Shown piece by piece: positions 28,698-37,372 of a stretch of DNA of 64,000 nt. Position numbers and translations under genes: made by a program. Positions within the stretch are counted from its first letter, which is position 1; the number at the start of each line of letters is the position of its first letter. The notes under the pieces were generated by a model. It was not told where the DNA came from. It saw only the letters and a program-made list of their open reading frames with translations, and searched no databases. This DNA is from a virus, in IMG/VR virus record IMGVR_UViG_3300045988_113168; one strand, written 5' to 3'.

Positions 28698-29170
28698 TGG
28701 AGAGAATTATGGGAAAAACAATTGATACATCCGAGCTTCTGTATCGGATGGGCAAGTACGCAGAAATCGATGTTGGAGAAGAAAAACATGATGCGTTTAT
28801 GCATTTCATGCTTCTTTTAACTCGCACAATTGAGAAGATGCCGAATGCTGCGCTAACGCATAAGAATCCAATTGATGATGAGATTATGGAGAATCAGTAC
28901 AAGCTAGTGAACGCAATCTCACTGGTAACCGGTCGCACTCGAAACGATGGCTGGTATCCCACTTGGATTGGCATGGCCATGAAGATTGTGCGTCTGAAGA
29001 GTGGAGAATCAGCTGGTTTCCTGTACATCAAAGATAATGAGGGACACGACTATCCGGGTGCAATGCATACATCTTGTGTTGTTGATTACTACATCTCAAG
29101 TGACAAGAAAAATGTTATTGTCCAGACCGAAAACACAATTTATAAGTTTGAAAAAATTGAGGAGAACTAA
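28697..29170 (+). CDS. hypothetical protein
   Basis: 157-aa ORF, TAATG overlap. Confidence 0.55.
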   Translation: MERIMGKTIDTSELLYRMGKYAEIDVGEEKHDAFMHFMLLLTRTIEKMPNAALTHKNPIDDEIMENQYKLVNAISLVTGRTRNDGWYPTWIGMAMKIVRLKSGESAGFLYIKDNEGHDYPGAMHTSCVVDYYISSDKKNVIVQTENTIYKFEKIEEN

Positions 29171-29173
29171 ATT

Positions 29174-29479
29174 ATGGCTAAGTATTTTTATGTTTATAAT
29201 ATCGCTGGTGTCGAGGATTCTATTGTAAAGATGTTCAACACTGATACTGGTGCAATGGGTGAGAAGAGTGTCAAAAAGGATCGCATGGATGGTTTTATTG
29301 ATGGTATTAAGACGAGCGGCTTTGTTTTGAATAAGGAGCTGGCAGATGCTGATGTTGCAGAGAGCGAAGCAAAGCGTGTTCTGGCAGAGAAGATGACTGC
29401 TTATCAGGCAGCTCGCGACGATTATCATAATAAGAGCGAGACTCTAAAGAAGGTCAAGGCTAAGTACGGCATTAAGTAA
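29174..29479 (+). CDS. hypothetical protein
   Basis: 101-aa ORF. Confidence 0.5.
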   Translation: MAKYFYVYNIAGVEDSIVKMFNTDTGAMGEKSVKKDRMDGFIDGIKTSGFVLNKELADADVAESEAKRVLAEKMTAYQAARDDYHNKSETLKKVKAKYGIK

Positions 29480-29491
29480 GGAGAATACATA

Positions 29492-29803
29492 ATGAAGTAT
29501 TACGCTATTGAATCTCATTACGAGAAAGAAGCTCCATTTGGAATTGCATGGCAAATAAAGCTGTTTGATGGGCATACGCTTTTGGAAGAGTACGACCACA
29601 TCTTTTATAACGAGATTGCTGGTTACTGCAAGTGTCTTGAAGATATAGGATTCGTGGATGAGCGATGGACTTTTAAAAGGCCACAGGACGAAGAAGTCCA
29701 TGACTTTGTTAAAATGTGCATAAAGAAAAAGGAGAATGCACTTCAGACGGAGTGGTATGAAATGACCGGTAACTGGCCAAATGGCGCAGTGACTCTCGAT
29801 TAA
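29492..29803 (+). CDS. hypothetical protein
   Basis: AAGGAG RBS. Confidence 0.55.
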   Translation: MKYYAIESHYEKEAPFGIAWQIKLFDGHTLLEEYDHIFYNEIAGYCKCLEDIGFVDERWTFKRPQDEEVHDFVKMCIKKKENALQTEWYEMTGNWPNGAVTLD

Positions 29804-29832
29804 AAGGTAAATTTTACTGAGGAAGTGATTCT

Positions 29833-30165
29833 ATGGCATACGCAGGCAAAAATGGATACGATAAAGACACGGATATTTTATCTCCGATAGCTAGTAATAT
29901 TATTGGATGGGTAGGTAAAGCAGATAGAGAAGAGATTCTTGATCTCAGTTTTGAACGAATTTCCCTTTATCAGGTAGGTAAGATTCTTGAAAAACTTGGC
30001 TATCAGAATATTGATATGAGCGAAAACGGATGGGAAATGGATTACTGGTGGGAGTACGAACTTGCCAATAACGCCAATGATATTCCAAATCTTCCTTGTC
30101 GAATTCAAATTAAAGGAAGTTGCGCAGAGGGCACAATGATGCTTAATGTTTTAGATAACGAATAA
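29833..30165 (+). CDS. hypothetical protein
   Basis: 110-aa ORF. Confidence 0.5.
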   Translation: MAYAGKNGYDKDTDILSPIASNIIGWVGKADREEILDLSFERISLYQVGKILEKLGYQNIDMSENGWEMDYWWEYELANNANDIPNLPCRIQIKGSCAEGTMMLNVLDNE

Positions 30166-30200
30166 CTTTAATAGTAGTGGTGGGTGGGAGGAATAAATAT

Positions 30201-30473
30201 ATGAATGTTATAAAGCATGGAACGCATCGAGCAAAAGATTCTGAAAATTTATATAAAGTGACTTGTAATTCTTGCGGGTGTGTATTTGAAGCTAAAAGAT
30301 CTGAATTTCATGTATGGCCTTTACCAGCACGACCTGTTAGCGAAACGGTAAAAAATTATGATAATACAGGGCGTCCGGCAGAAATACAATGTCCTGAGTG
30401 CAAATGCACTTGTGGAATTAGAATGAGATTGCTTGCAAGAGAATCTGTCTTTTTACACGCATATTGTAGGTGA
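30201..30473 (+). CDS. Zn-ribbon protein, tandem family member 1
   Basis: GGGAGG RBS. CNSCGC ... CPECKC. Confidence 0.5.
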   Translation: MNVIKHGTHRAKDSENLYKVTCNSCGCVFEAKRSEFHVWPLPARPVSETVKNYDNTGRPAEIQCPECKCTCGIRMRLLARESVFLHAYCR

Positions 30474-30477
30474 TAGT

Positions 30478-30696
30478 ATGAAAGCACATATTCGAGAAGA
30501 AAAGAAAACAACTCCATTAAAACTTGGTGAGGGAACATTACTTCAAGAGAAAGACGGCAAACTGTATAAGATTTGTGATACAGTAGAATATGATGATACG
30601 CATACCGACGATGAAGTTATCAAGGTTGCTTTATCTGAAGAAAATATGATTGTTGGATCGAACTTTTTAATGCATCGTTTGTGTTCACAGATTTAG
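30478..30696 (+). CDS. hypothetical protein; the only early gene ending in TAG
   Basis: The stop at 30694-30696 is TAG. It is followed by GTG, TAG, six sense codons and then TGA. Confidence 0.5.
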   Translation: MKAHIREEKKTTPLKLGEGTLLQEKDGKLYKICDTVEYDDTHTDDEVIKVALSEENMIVGSNFLMHRLCSQI

Positions 30697-30704
30697 GTGT
30701 AGAT

Positions 30705-30935
30705 ATGCATAAAACTGATAGTTTGAAAAATCCGGTAATCGTATTTCCATGTAAGAATTGCGGTTGCACAACTAAGATTCGAGTAGCCTCTTTTGAAAAT
30801 CCTGATTTGGATATTCCTGAGAGTAATGTGATTGCGTGCTATAGATGTAGAGCGGAAGTTGCTGGATCTGAGTTTATTTCTTGGAAAGAAGCAACTAAAA
30901 CTATTTTTACCGTGGAGGTGCCAGATGGCAATTAA
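30705..30935 (+). CDS. Zn-ribbon protein, tandem family member 2
   Basis: CKNCGC ... CYRC. Confidence 0.5.
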   Translation: MHKTDSLKNPVIVFPCKNCGCTTKIRVASFENPDLDIPESNVIACYRCRAEVAGSEFISWKEATKTIFTVEVPDGN

Positions 30936-31143
30936 AATTATTCAACATAAACAGACTCCAAAAGAACTTGCATATCATTTTAAATGCAACTGTGGTTGTG
31001 AATTTTGGTCTGATTCGGAAGGTGTTCTGAGTGCGAAGTCATTGGATGTGATTTTATTTTATCAAACACAATGTCCAGAATGCGGCAGTCGTGTAGAGAG
31101 CCACGATGAACCGGTTCTGCGAGAAGAAATTTTTGACGATTAA
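30925..31143 (+). CDS. Zn-ribbon protein, tandem family member 3
   Basis: GGAGGTG RBS. CNCGC ... CPECG. Confidence 0.5.
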   Translation: MAIKIIQHKQTPKELAYHFKCNCGCEFWSDSEGVLSAKSLDVILFYQTQCPECGSRVESHDEPVLREEIFDD

Positions 31144-31172
31144 AATGTATGATTTAAAGTGTGGTGAACGTA

Positions 31173-31571
31173 ATGGAAGTTTGGGAACTAAATCTTCTGC
31201 ATGATGGGGATATAGAACGAATATGTATGTGCTCTGATGAACAACCATTATTCGAAATGGCAGTCGATAGGGCATTTGATTTATTTGCAAAAATAAATGA
31301 GTGGCCTCTCAAACAAGAAAATTGTCATGCTTCCGTAAGTATAAACGACAAGCTTCATTCCATTTTAGTGAAGATTAGCACACAAGACGATAATACAGTT
31401 GAACTCTGGGAGTATAAATGGGAATGCATTTATAAAGAACCTCATGAAGACAAGTCTAGTAACACCTTACTTCAGGAAGTTGTTTCTCGTGTGCAAGACA
31501 TTCCAAAACTATTTTATGATTGGGCGGAGAATTTCTGTTGGAGAGCGAGAAAGAATGGCTATTTGCAGTAA
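31173..31571 (+). CDS. hypothetical protein
   Basis: ORF with ATG at 31173. Confidence 0.45.
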   Translation: MEVWELNLLHDGDIERICMCSDEQPLFEMAVDRAFDLFAKINEWPLKQENCHASVSINDKLHSILVKISTQDDNTVELWEYKWECIYKEPHEDKSSNTLLQEVVSRVQDIPKLFYDWAENFCWRARKNGYLQ

Positions 31572-31899
31572 ATGTTTGCATAAAGAAGTATGCGCTTTTA
31601 GGAAGCAAACAAGAGATAGTTGCGCTGAATCTTGCAAAGATTTCCTCGGTTGGGTCAAGGTCATGGGTGAGCGTCCGATTCCTTTAAAAGACAATCTTGT
31701 AATAAGCAGTTATGGTCTGTCGTTTATTGGATATTACGATTACAACAAAAGAGATCGAGAACACTTTTACGATGTAAACGCCCTCGAAAAAATTTATGAA
31801 TGTCCATCTTACTGGCTGAAAGGACTTGATTTGCATGAGCAAGAAAAAATCGCTAACAAAGAATACGAGTGTAGGAAATCCAATATGGGACAAGTATGA
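31555..31899 (+). CDS. hypothetical Cys-rich protein
   Basis: MAICSKCLHKEVCAF... Confidence 0.45.
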   Translation: MAICSKCLHKEVCAFRKQTRDSCAESCKDFLGWVKVMGERPIPLKDNLVISSYGLSFIGYYDYNKRDREHFYDVNALEKIYECPSYWLKGLDLHEQEKIANKEYECRKSNMGQV

Positions 31900-32194
31900 G
31901 ATTGTAGGAGTCTCTTTTGACACATCAAATAATCCAAACAAGAAGTTCTTCAAGCCGGTTTACATAATGCCGGATGGAGATGTCGTAGCTTGCGATGGAA
32001 CTCACGATTTCAATTATGATCCTAACAAAGAAATTCAAATTGTTCCAAAGGAATCTATCCCATTTTATGGCAAGCCAACAGAGCCTGCTGTTTATTGTGA
32101 TGATGATGGCAACTGTGTGGATGTTGACGGTAATCCTCTCGGTATGAAATGGGACGACTTTATGGAGAAGCAGTTCCGAACGGTAAATAAATAA
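31826..32194 (+). CDS. hypothetical protein (start uncertain, overlaps the upstream gene)
   Basis: The only in-frame ATGs are at 31826 and 31835. Confidence 0.4.
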   Translation: MICMSKKKSLTKNTSVGNPIWDKYEIVGVSFDTSNNPNKKFFKPVYIMPDGDVVACDGTHDFNYDPNKEIQIVPKESIPFYGKPTEPAVYCDDDGNCVDVDGNPLGMKWDDFMEKQFRTVNK

Positions 32195-32258
32195 CGTATC
32201 ATCGCTATAAAAATTAGAAAATAATACGGTAAAACTAGACTTTTATGAGGTAGATTGA

Positions 32259-32720
32259 ATGGACGATAGATTTTCAATCGAAAAGAATCACTGGGAAATA
32301 CAAAATCCAGAATGGGAAAGCTATTCTCATTTCATCTGCACTAAAGACCATTATTGGACTGGTGTATACGGTATCAGCAACTATTTTCTTCAATATAAGA
32401 ATTTTAGCAGAAATAAACCAGTCGAACGATTTTCTGTAGAATGGCCGAACTTCGTAGAGCACATGTGGTTTATCCATTGGCGTGACCCATGGGATTATAT
32501 TTTTGCTTCATATAAATTATCCGAGATCAAACGATTTTTAGAACTTGATATTGAAACCATTAAAAAGAACCATTGGCCGGATGGCCGTTGCACTTGCTAC
32601 AGTATTTATGACTACGTGACGAAAAAATGGTACTATTTTAAAATCGAAAATTTGGGAACATTTTATGGATGCATGTGGCCGTTGGGTGATGATACGTGGG
32701 AGGTGATTAGTTGTGACTAA
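32259..32720 (+). CDS. hypothetical Trp-rich protein
   Basis: 153-aa ORF. Confidence 0.5.
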   Translation: MDDRFSIEKNHWEIQNPEWESYSHFICTKDHYWTGVYGISNYFLQYKNFSRNKPVERFSVEWPNFVEHMWFIHWRDPWDYIFASYKLSEIKRFLELDIETIKKNHWPDGRCTCYSIYDYVTKKWYYFKIENLGTFYGCMWPLGDDTWEVISCD

Positions 32721-33201
32721 ACAAATAGGCTATTATAAATCCGACTGGTACATTATGGGCATTGATGGAAAATATAACAATGCCTGTATCTCGCATACAG
32801 AATCGCAGCTTCGATATACAGTTCCAAGGTCGCCAGAATGGACCATCAACGGATTGGGTTTTGCTTACCTTAGAGAACATGGATTTGAAGATTATCCTGA
32901 ACTCTATGGTATTGTATTATATGATATGGAGTGGTGGAGACGAAAACGCTATCCGGGTGACTTTTATGTAGAGATACCAATTTGCGATTCGTGTGCGGAT
33001 ACCTTTCATTTAAAATGGCGTTGTAAGGAATTTCGTGTACATCAGTGGTCTAACTTGAGAAAAGAAACAAAGTGGGTGAAAGGCAGAAGCAACTACACTA
33101 TTTGTGAGCTCGCCCATAAATTACCACATGAAGAGTTTATTGAGTATTTGAAAGACAACGGCATCTATATTGTAAACGAAAGTGGTGTTGAACTTGGATG
33201 A
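32713..33201 (+). CDS. hypothetical protein (GTG start)
   Basis: 162-aa ORF overlapping the upstream stop. Confidence 0.45.
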   Translation: MTKQIGYYKSDWYIMGIDGKYNNACISHTESQLRYTVPRSPEWTINGLGFAYLREHGFEDYPELYGIVLYDMEWWRRKRYPGDFYVEIPICDSCADTFHLKWRCKEFRVHQWSNLRKETKWVKGRSNYTICELAHKLPHEEFIEYLKDNGIYIVNESGVELG

Positions 33202-33640
33202 TAAAATTTGTTTTGTGAACTACCGACCATACCTTACAATAGTAGATTACGGAGATTGGACTCCAAGATGGAAAATCGCATATTGGATTGATATAGATGG
33301 ATTTAAGCCTGGATTTAGAATCTCAAGGAACTTCATTCATCCATATCTAAATAACGTCACGCGCCCATGTTTAAACGTAGTAGCCTATGTCGATATGTAT
33401 GATCCATTCGTTAAAACACTTTTGTTGAGTTGTATGACAACAAATAAGTCAAATCTAATTCCGGGTGATTTATATCTTGTGTGGAGATGCCCCGGTAATT
33501 TTTCATGGCCGGACTGCGAGCCACATTTTACATTAAGAAAGTTCAATCAGAAATATTTATTCAAAGATGGCGACGTGAAATGTTGGGTGAACATGAAAAA
33601 TATCGATTGGAGCAAACAATGGCTCCTTCATCGTATTTGA
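33182..33640 (+). CDS. hypothetical protein (start uncertain)
   Basis: 152-aa ORF. Confidence 0.4.
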   Translation: MVLNLDDKICFVNYRPYLTIVDYGDWTPRWKIAYWIDIDGFKPGFRISRNFIHPYLNNVTRPCLNVVAYVDMYDPFVKTLLLSCMTTNKSNLIPGDLYLVWRCPGNFSWPDCEPHFTLRKFNQKYLFKDGDVKCWVNMKNIDWSKQWLLHRI

Positions 33641-33722
33641 GGTAATAAATGAGTAAAAATAATAGCGATAATGCGTTAAATAAAAGCGACAAATTTACAG
33701 TAGAATTAGGGTTTTATAAAGG

Positions 33723-34145
33723 ATGGCATATATGAAATTACTTTTACAGTTTAACGGTGGCTTTACTGGTTTTTATAGTAAGTTTCTATTGATTGATACC
33801 GATTCACACAAGATGGTAAAAACGGATGGTATTATGAAGGATGACTTGACCAGTATAAAATATATTTGGGATTATCTTGAAAATGAAAAGATTCCAGATA
33901 TTGATGACTTCGATAAATTACTTTGTCAGGATTTTGATTATGATATATCCATACTTGAATGTTTTCTGCCAACTGCTCAAGTGATTACGAATACTTCTAT
34001 TGTGATTATGGACGACATCAATTATGATGTTTATCTATCATCTGAAAACGTTCCGTACAGAAAGTTCAGATTGAATTCTTCATCATATCTTGAAAATGAC
34101 GCTCTCAGCGCAAAGCTTAGAAAACTATTTCAGACATTCTTATAA
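33723..34145 (+). CDS. hypothetical protein (alternative start at 33732)
   Basis: 140-aa ORF. AAGGATGG lies upstream of the second ATG. Confidence 0.5.
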   Translation: MAYMKLLLQFNGGFTGFYSKFLLIDTDSHKMVKTDGIMKDDLTSIKYIWDYLENEKIPDIDDFDKLLCQDFDYDISILECFLPTAQVITNTSIVIMDDINYDVYLSSENVPYRKFRLNSSSYLENDALSAKLRKLFQTFL

Positions 34146-34157
34146 AGGAGGTTCGTA

Positions 34158-34985
34158 ATGATTATTGACTGCAAATCTATCGCACAATATATCAAAAATA
34201 AAATCAAGAATATTATCGCAGAAGATGACTACGCTCCTGTTTTATATATTTATCAAGTGGGGAATAACCCTGCGTCCAATGCTTATATTCGCGGCAAGCT
34301 GCGTGACTGTGAAGAGGTGGGAATCGAAGCAGAGCTTATTAAATTGCCAGAAAATATCAATGAAGACGAATTAAACAATAAAATACTGGAAGATTATAAT
34401 TGGGAAGATGTGGACGGTATCATTGTCCAGCTCCCGCTGCCAAAACATATCGATCCCAAAAATATTTGTATTCCAGATGAACTTGATGTTGATGGCTTTA
34501 ATTCCACATCCAAATTTCAGCCATGTACTCCACTTGGTGTTATGAAGATTTTCGACTCCATCGGTTACGATCTGGATGGCAAGAATGTGCTTGTATGCGG
34601 TCAATCTGATATTGTTGGTCGTCCGCTGGTTGATATGCTGATTAAGCGCCACTGTAATGTGATCTCTGTGAACAGCAGCGGAAGTTTTATGAAATGCACG
34701 GCTCTTGCAATGGATATGGTCGATGTGATCATCTCTGCAGTCGGAAAACGTAATTTCATCACACCGCTTGGTCTTGATCGAGTAGAGGTCTGCATCGATG
34801 TTGGCATCAACTATGACGAAAACGGAAAGCAGCACGGTGATTGCGCTGACGCTGTTTATGAGATGGAGAATATCAAAGTTACACCTCGTATCGGCGGTGT
34901 TGGGCTTATGACACGTGCCATGCTACTTTATAATGTATGTGTGGCAAAGTACGGAGCAGTGAAGATGGAAGAGGTGATTGGATGA
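34158..34985 (+). CDS. folD: bifunctional methylene-THF dehydrogenase/cyclohydrolase FolD
   Basis: AAGGAGG RBS. QVGNNPASNAYIRGKLRDCEEVGI, GIIVQLPLPKHID, GQSDIVGRPL and PRIGGVGLMT match FolD blocks. Confidence 0.85.
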   Translation: MIIDCKSIAQYIKNKIKNIIAEDDYAPVLYIYQVGNNPASNAYIRGKLRDCEEVGIEAELIKLPENINEDELNNKILEDYNWEDVDGIIVQLPLPKHIDPKNICIPDELDVDGFNSTSKFQPCTPLGVMKIFDSIGYDLDGKNVLVCGQSDIVGRPLVDMLIKRHCNVISVNSSGSFMKCTALAMDMVDVIISAVGKRNFITPLGLDRVEVCIDVGINYDENGKQHGDCADAVYEMENIKVTPRIGGVGLMTRAMLLYNVCVAKYGAVKMEEVIG

Positions 34986-35176
34986 AAGAAGTCCCAATTT
35001 GGGAAAAGACGACTCTGACGTTAGATGAAGCGGCTGCTTACACGGGGATTGGGGTCTGCCGACTAAGAGCGATTACTGATGATGAAAACTGTCCATTGGT
35101 ACTTTGGGTGGGGAATAAACGTCTTATCAAACGTAAGGCTCTCGAAAAATATATAGATCAAACGTATTCTGTTTGA
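34982..35176 (+). CDS. xis: excisionase (Tn916-Xis/HTH_17-like)
   Basis: ATGA overlap with folD. LTLDEAAAYTGIGVCRLRAI helix-turn-helix. Immediately upstream of int. Confidence 0.7.
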   Translation: MKEVPIWEKTTLTLDEAAAYTGIGVCRLRAITDDENCPLVLWVGNKRLIKRKALEKYIDQTYSV

Positions 35177-35201
35177 AATATAGGCTCTGATGTGGTATAC
35201 T
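35173..35201 (+). promoter_or_regulatory. promoter upstream of int
   Basis: TTGAAA - 17 nt (ending TGG) - TATACT. The -10 sits inside an 11-bp inverted repeat, GCTCTGATGTG / CACACCAGAGC (35184-35220). Confidence 0.55.
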
Positions 35202-35249
35202 CATGGTGTCACACCAGAGCTTCTTATATAACGTAAGGAGTTCCGCATC

Positions 35250-36416
35250 ATGATAAGACGTAAAGATAATAATGGCAAAGTTTTAAAAGACGGCGAGAGC
35301 CAGAGAAAGGATGGGAGATACCAATATAGATGGACAAACAAACTTGGAAAACGCTCAATAATATACGCCACTTCACTTAAAGAATTGAGAGAAAAAGAAG
35401 CTGAAATCCAAGAAAAACTTAATTTGGGTACAACGTCTACTTCAAAAATCACAGTGTACCAATTAGCAAAAAGACATCTCGAAGAAACAAAACTTACTAT
35501 TAGGCCAAGCAGCTATAAAACAAAATCGCAGAATTTGAAAATCTTTCAGAATCACCTAATTGGGGAAATGAATGCAACTGATATTTTAGTGCGCGATGTA
35601 AAACAATTTGCACGAGAATTGGATAACGAAGGATATTGTTATACAACAATCAGAGATGTCATGTCTTTAGCTAGACCGGCATTTCAAGAAATGTTTGATG
35701 AGAATATAATTCCTAGAAATCCATTCGTTTTTAAATTAAATACAGTTGTCAAATGTGACTCAAAAGAAAAAGAAATATTAACAGAAGAGCAGTATCAAAA
35801 TCTGATCAAGTTCATGAAATCTAGTCGAGTATATAAAAGGCATGTTGGGATGGTGATGCTTTTGCACGAGACAGGACTTCGAGCAGGAGAATTATGCGGG
35901 CTAACAAAAAAGTCATTTGATTTTGATAACAACACTGTTACTATATCTCATCAGATGGTGTACGATGGAAAGAGCGGCGGGCTGTATTTAGCACCTACAA
36001 AAACAGAAAGTGGGATAAGGACTATCCCATTATCTAAAGACGCCATCATTGCTTTTGAAGAAGCGGTAAAACAACGTCCGATTGTAAAAGCAGAGAGAAT
36101 AATAGATGGGCAAGCCGACTTCTTGTTTATAGCAAAAACTGGAAGGCCCTATACGAATAAAAACCTTGTTAGAATTTTTGAAGGACTAATCAAAGCATAT
36201 AATAGTTGCCATGATGAACCATTGCCTGAAGTCACTGCCCACAGTATGCGCCACGAATATTGTACACGGCTTGTCAAAGCCAAGATGGATGTTAAATCGG
36301 TTCAATACCTCATGGGGCATTCGTCGCCCGATATAACCTTGAAAGTGTATACTCATATCTTAAAAGAAGAGACCGAAGCAGAGGCAATCAAACAGTTTAA
36401 TAGGATTGTTTCCTAA
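35250..36416 (+). CDS. int: tyrosine recombinase/integrase, Tn916-Int-like
   Basis: N-terminal RKDGRYQYRWTNKLGKRSIIYATSLKELREKE arm-binding domain. Catalytic R...HSMRHEY...LMGHSSPDITLKVYTH. Confidence 0.95.
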   Translation: MIRRKDNNGKVLKDGESQRKDGRYQYRWTNKLGKRSIIYATSLKELREKEAEIQEKLNLGTTSTSKITVYQLAKRHLEETKLTIRPSSYKTKSQNLKIFQNHLIGEMNATDILVRDVKQFARELDNEGYCYTTIRDVMSLARPAFQEMFDENIIPRNPFVFKLNTVVKCDSKEKEILTEEQYQNLIKFMKSSRVYKRHVGMVMLLHETGLRAGELCGLTKKSFDFDNNTVTISHQMVYDGKSGGLYLAPTKTESGIRTIPLSKDAIIAFEEAVKQRPIVKAERIIDGQADFLFIAKTGRPYTNKNLVRIFEGLIKAYNSCHDEPLPEVTAHSMRHEYCTRLVKAKMDVKSVQYLMGHSSPDITLKVYTHILKEETEAEAIKQFNRIVS

Positions 36417-36720
36417 TTATTTGACACCAATTTTGACACCAAATCTTCAAAAGATATATAGACTTACAGAGATTTGCATAGAGTCCATTTTGGAATGGCA
36501 AAAAACGACTTCGAAATAATGTCGCAATATCGATAAATATAGACTTATAGAGATTTGTATAGACCATCTTGAAAAAAAGTAGAAAGTAAGGTATAATATA
36601 CCTAATTTTGCTCAATGGTTGAAAAACATCGATATTACGACTAAAATCATCTATTTCGGAATCGTTTTACACCACTTTGACACCAATTTGAATTTTACAC
36701 CACTAGCACCGTAGTCGAAT
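36417..36720. other. attP-like recombination region with arm-type repeats
   Basis: Five direct copies of TT(T/G)ACACCA(A/C), at 36421, 36433, 36666, 36677 and 36695. A 28-bp direct repeat ATATAGACTTA(C/T)AGAGATTTG(C/T)ATAGA near 36456 and 36537. Adjacent to the 3' end of int. Confidence 0.55.
36569..36597 (+). promoter_or_regulatory. near-consensus promoter inside the att region
   Basis: TTGAAA - 17 nt - TATAAT. Confidence 0.55.
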
Positions 36721-36845
36721 CCGATTTTGAGTCTTAATCGTAAGAGTTCTGATGTGACACAGCAGCCCCGGCGTCCTAGTGACGCCATTACATAAGCAGC
36801 GTTAAAATTGAAAATCGCATTTGAACAACGATATATTCATGATGG

Positions 36846-36871
36846 GCGTGGGAGTAATCCTGCGCCTTTTC
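36846..36871 (+). terminator. rho-independent terminator
   Basis: GCGTGGGA-GTAA-TCCTGCGC (8 bp, GNRA loop), followed by CTTTTCTT. Confidence 0.55.
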
Positions 36872-36900
36872 TTGAATTCTTGTTATCCGTATGATACAAT
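36872..36900 (+). promoter_or_regulatory. promoter of the 3-gene accessory cassette
   Basis: TTGAAT - 17 nt (ending TGA) - TACAAT. The RBS AAGGAG and the ATG at 36923 follow. Confidence 0.6.
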
Positions 36901-36922
36901 TTATACAAAGGAGTGGGGCAAT

Positions 36923-37372
36923 ATGGACATTTATGAAGAACTGCATTCGCGCTATATTCAACTTTATGCTAGCGCCATGGATTTGAATAAAGAATATCAT
37001 ATGAAATTTGATTTGGTCATGAAAAAATATCAAAAAATATGGGATGATGGATTTAGTGTTTTTCCGGCTACAAATATGATGAATTTTATGGTTCCTTCAA
37101 AAAGGAAACCGGAAGATGAGGAGAAAGAGCTCTCGCTTCTTATGGAGTGGACTGCAGATAAAGTGTTTGATATTGTCGTCGAAAATTGGTTAAGCAAACT
37201 TACAAGAGAGCAAGTCGTTTTTATGTTAAACGCGATATCTGAACTCGATTATAATGCTCAGCTTTCTTTTGAAAAATCCCACTCAATCACTCCGAAACAA
37301 ATATTGAACGTTTGGAATAAAACGCACCAAGAAGCTGAAAATATTTACATGATGCCGGAGTTCGAATCATGA
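36923..37372 (+). CDS. hypothetical protein (accessory cassette gene 1)
   Basis: AAGGAG RBS. 149 aa. No recognisable motif. Confidence 0.6.
   Translation: MDIYEELHSRYIQLYASAMDLNKEYHMKFDLVMKKYQKIWDDGFSVFPATNMMNFMVPSKRKPEDEEKELSLLMEWTADKVFDIVVENWLSKLTREQVVFMLNAISELDYNAQLSFEKSHSITPKQILNVWNKTHQEAENIYMMPEFES

Noticed and set aside
36705-36730. AGTCGAATCC resembles a tRNA T-loop (GGTTCGAATCC). It could be the 3' end of a tRNA gene carried in attP.
   Set aside because: The flanking bases do not form a T-stem, and there is no acceptor-stem or CCA-proximal complement. The similarity covers only the loop consensus.
35184-36770. The shared TCTGATGTG...ACAC strings at 35187-35215 and 36750-36765 could be att-like direct repeats marking int as a separately inserted element.
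   Set aside because: Only about 9 contiguous identical bases are shared. That is too short to distinguish from chance in 64 kb. The first copy is better explained as part of the inverted repeat over the int promoter.
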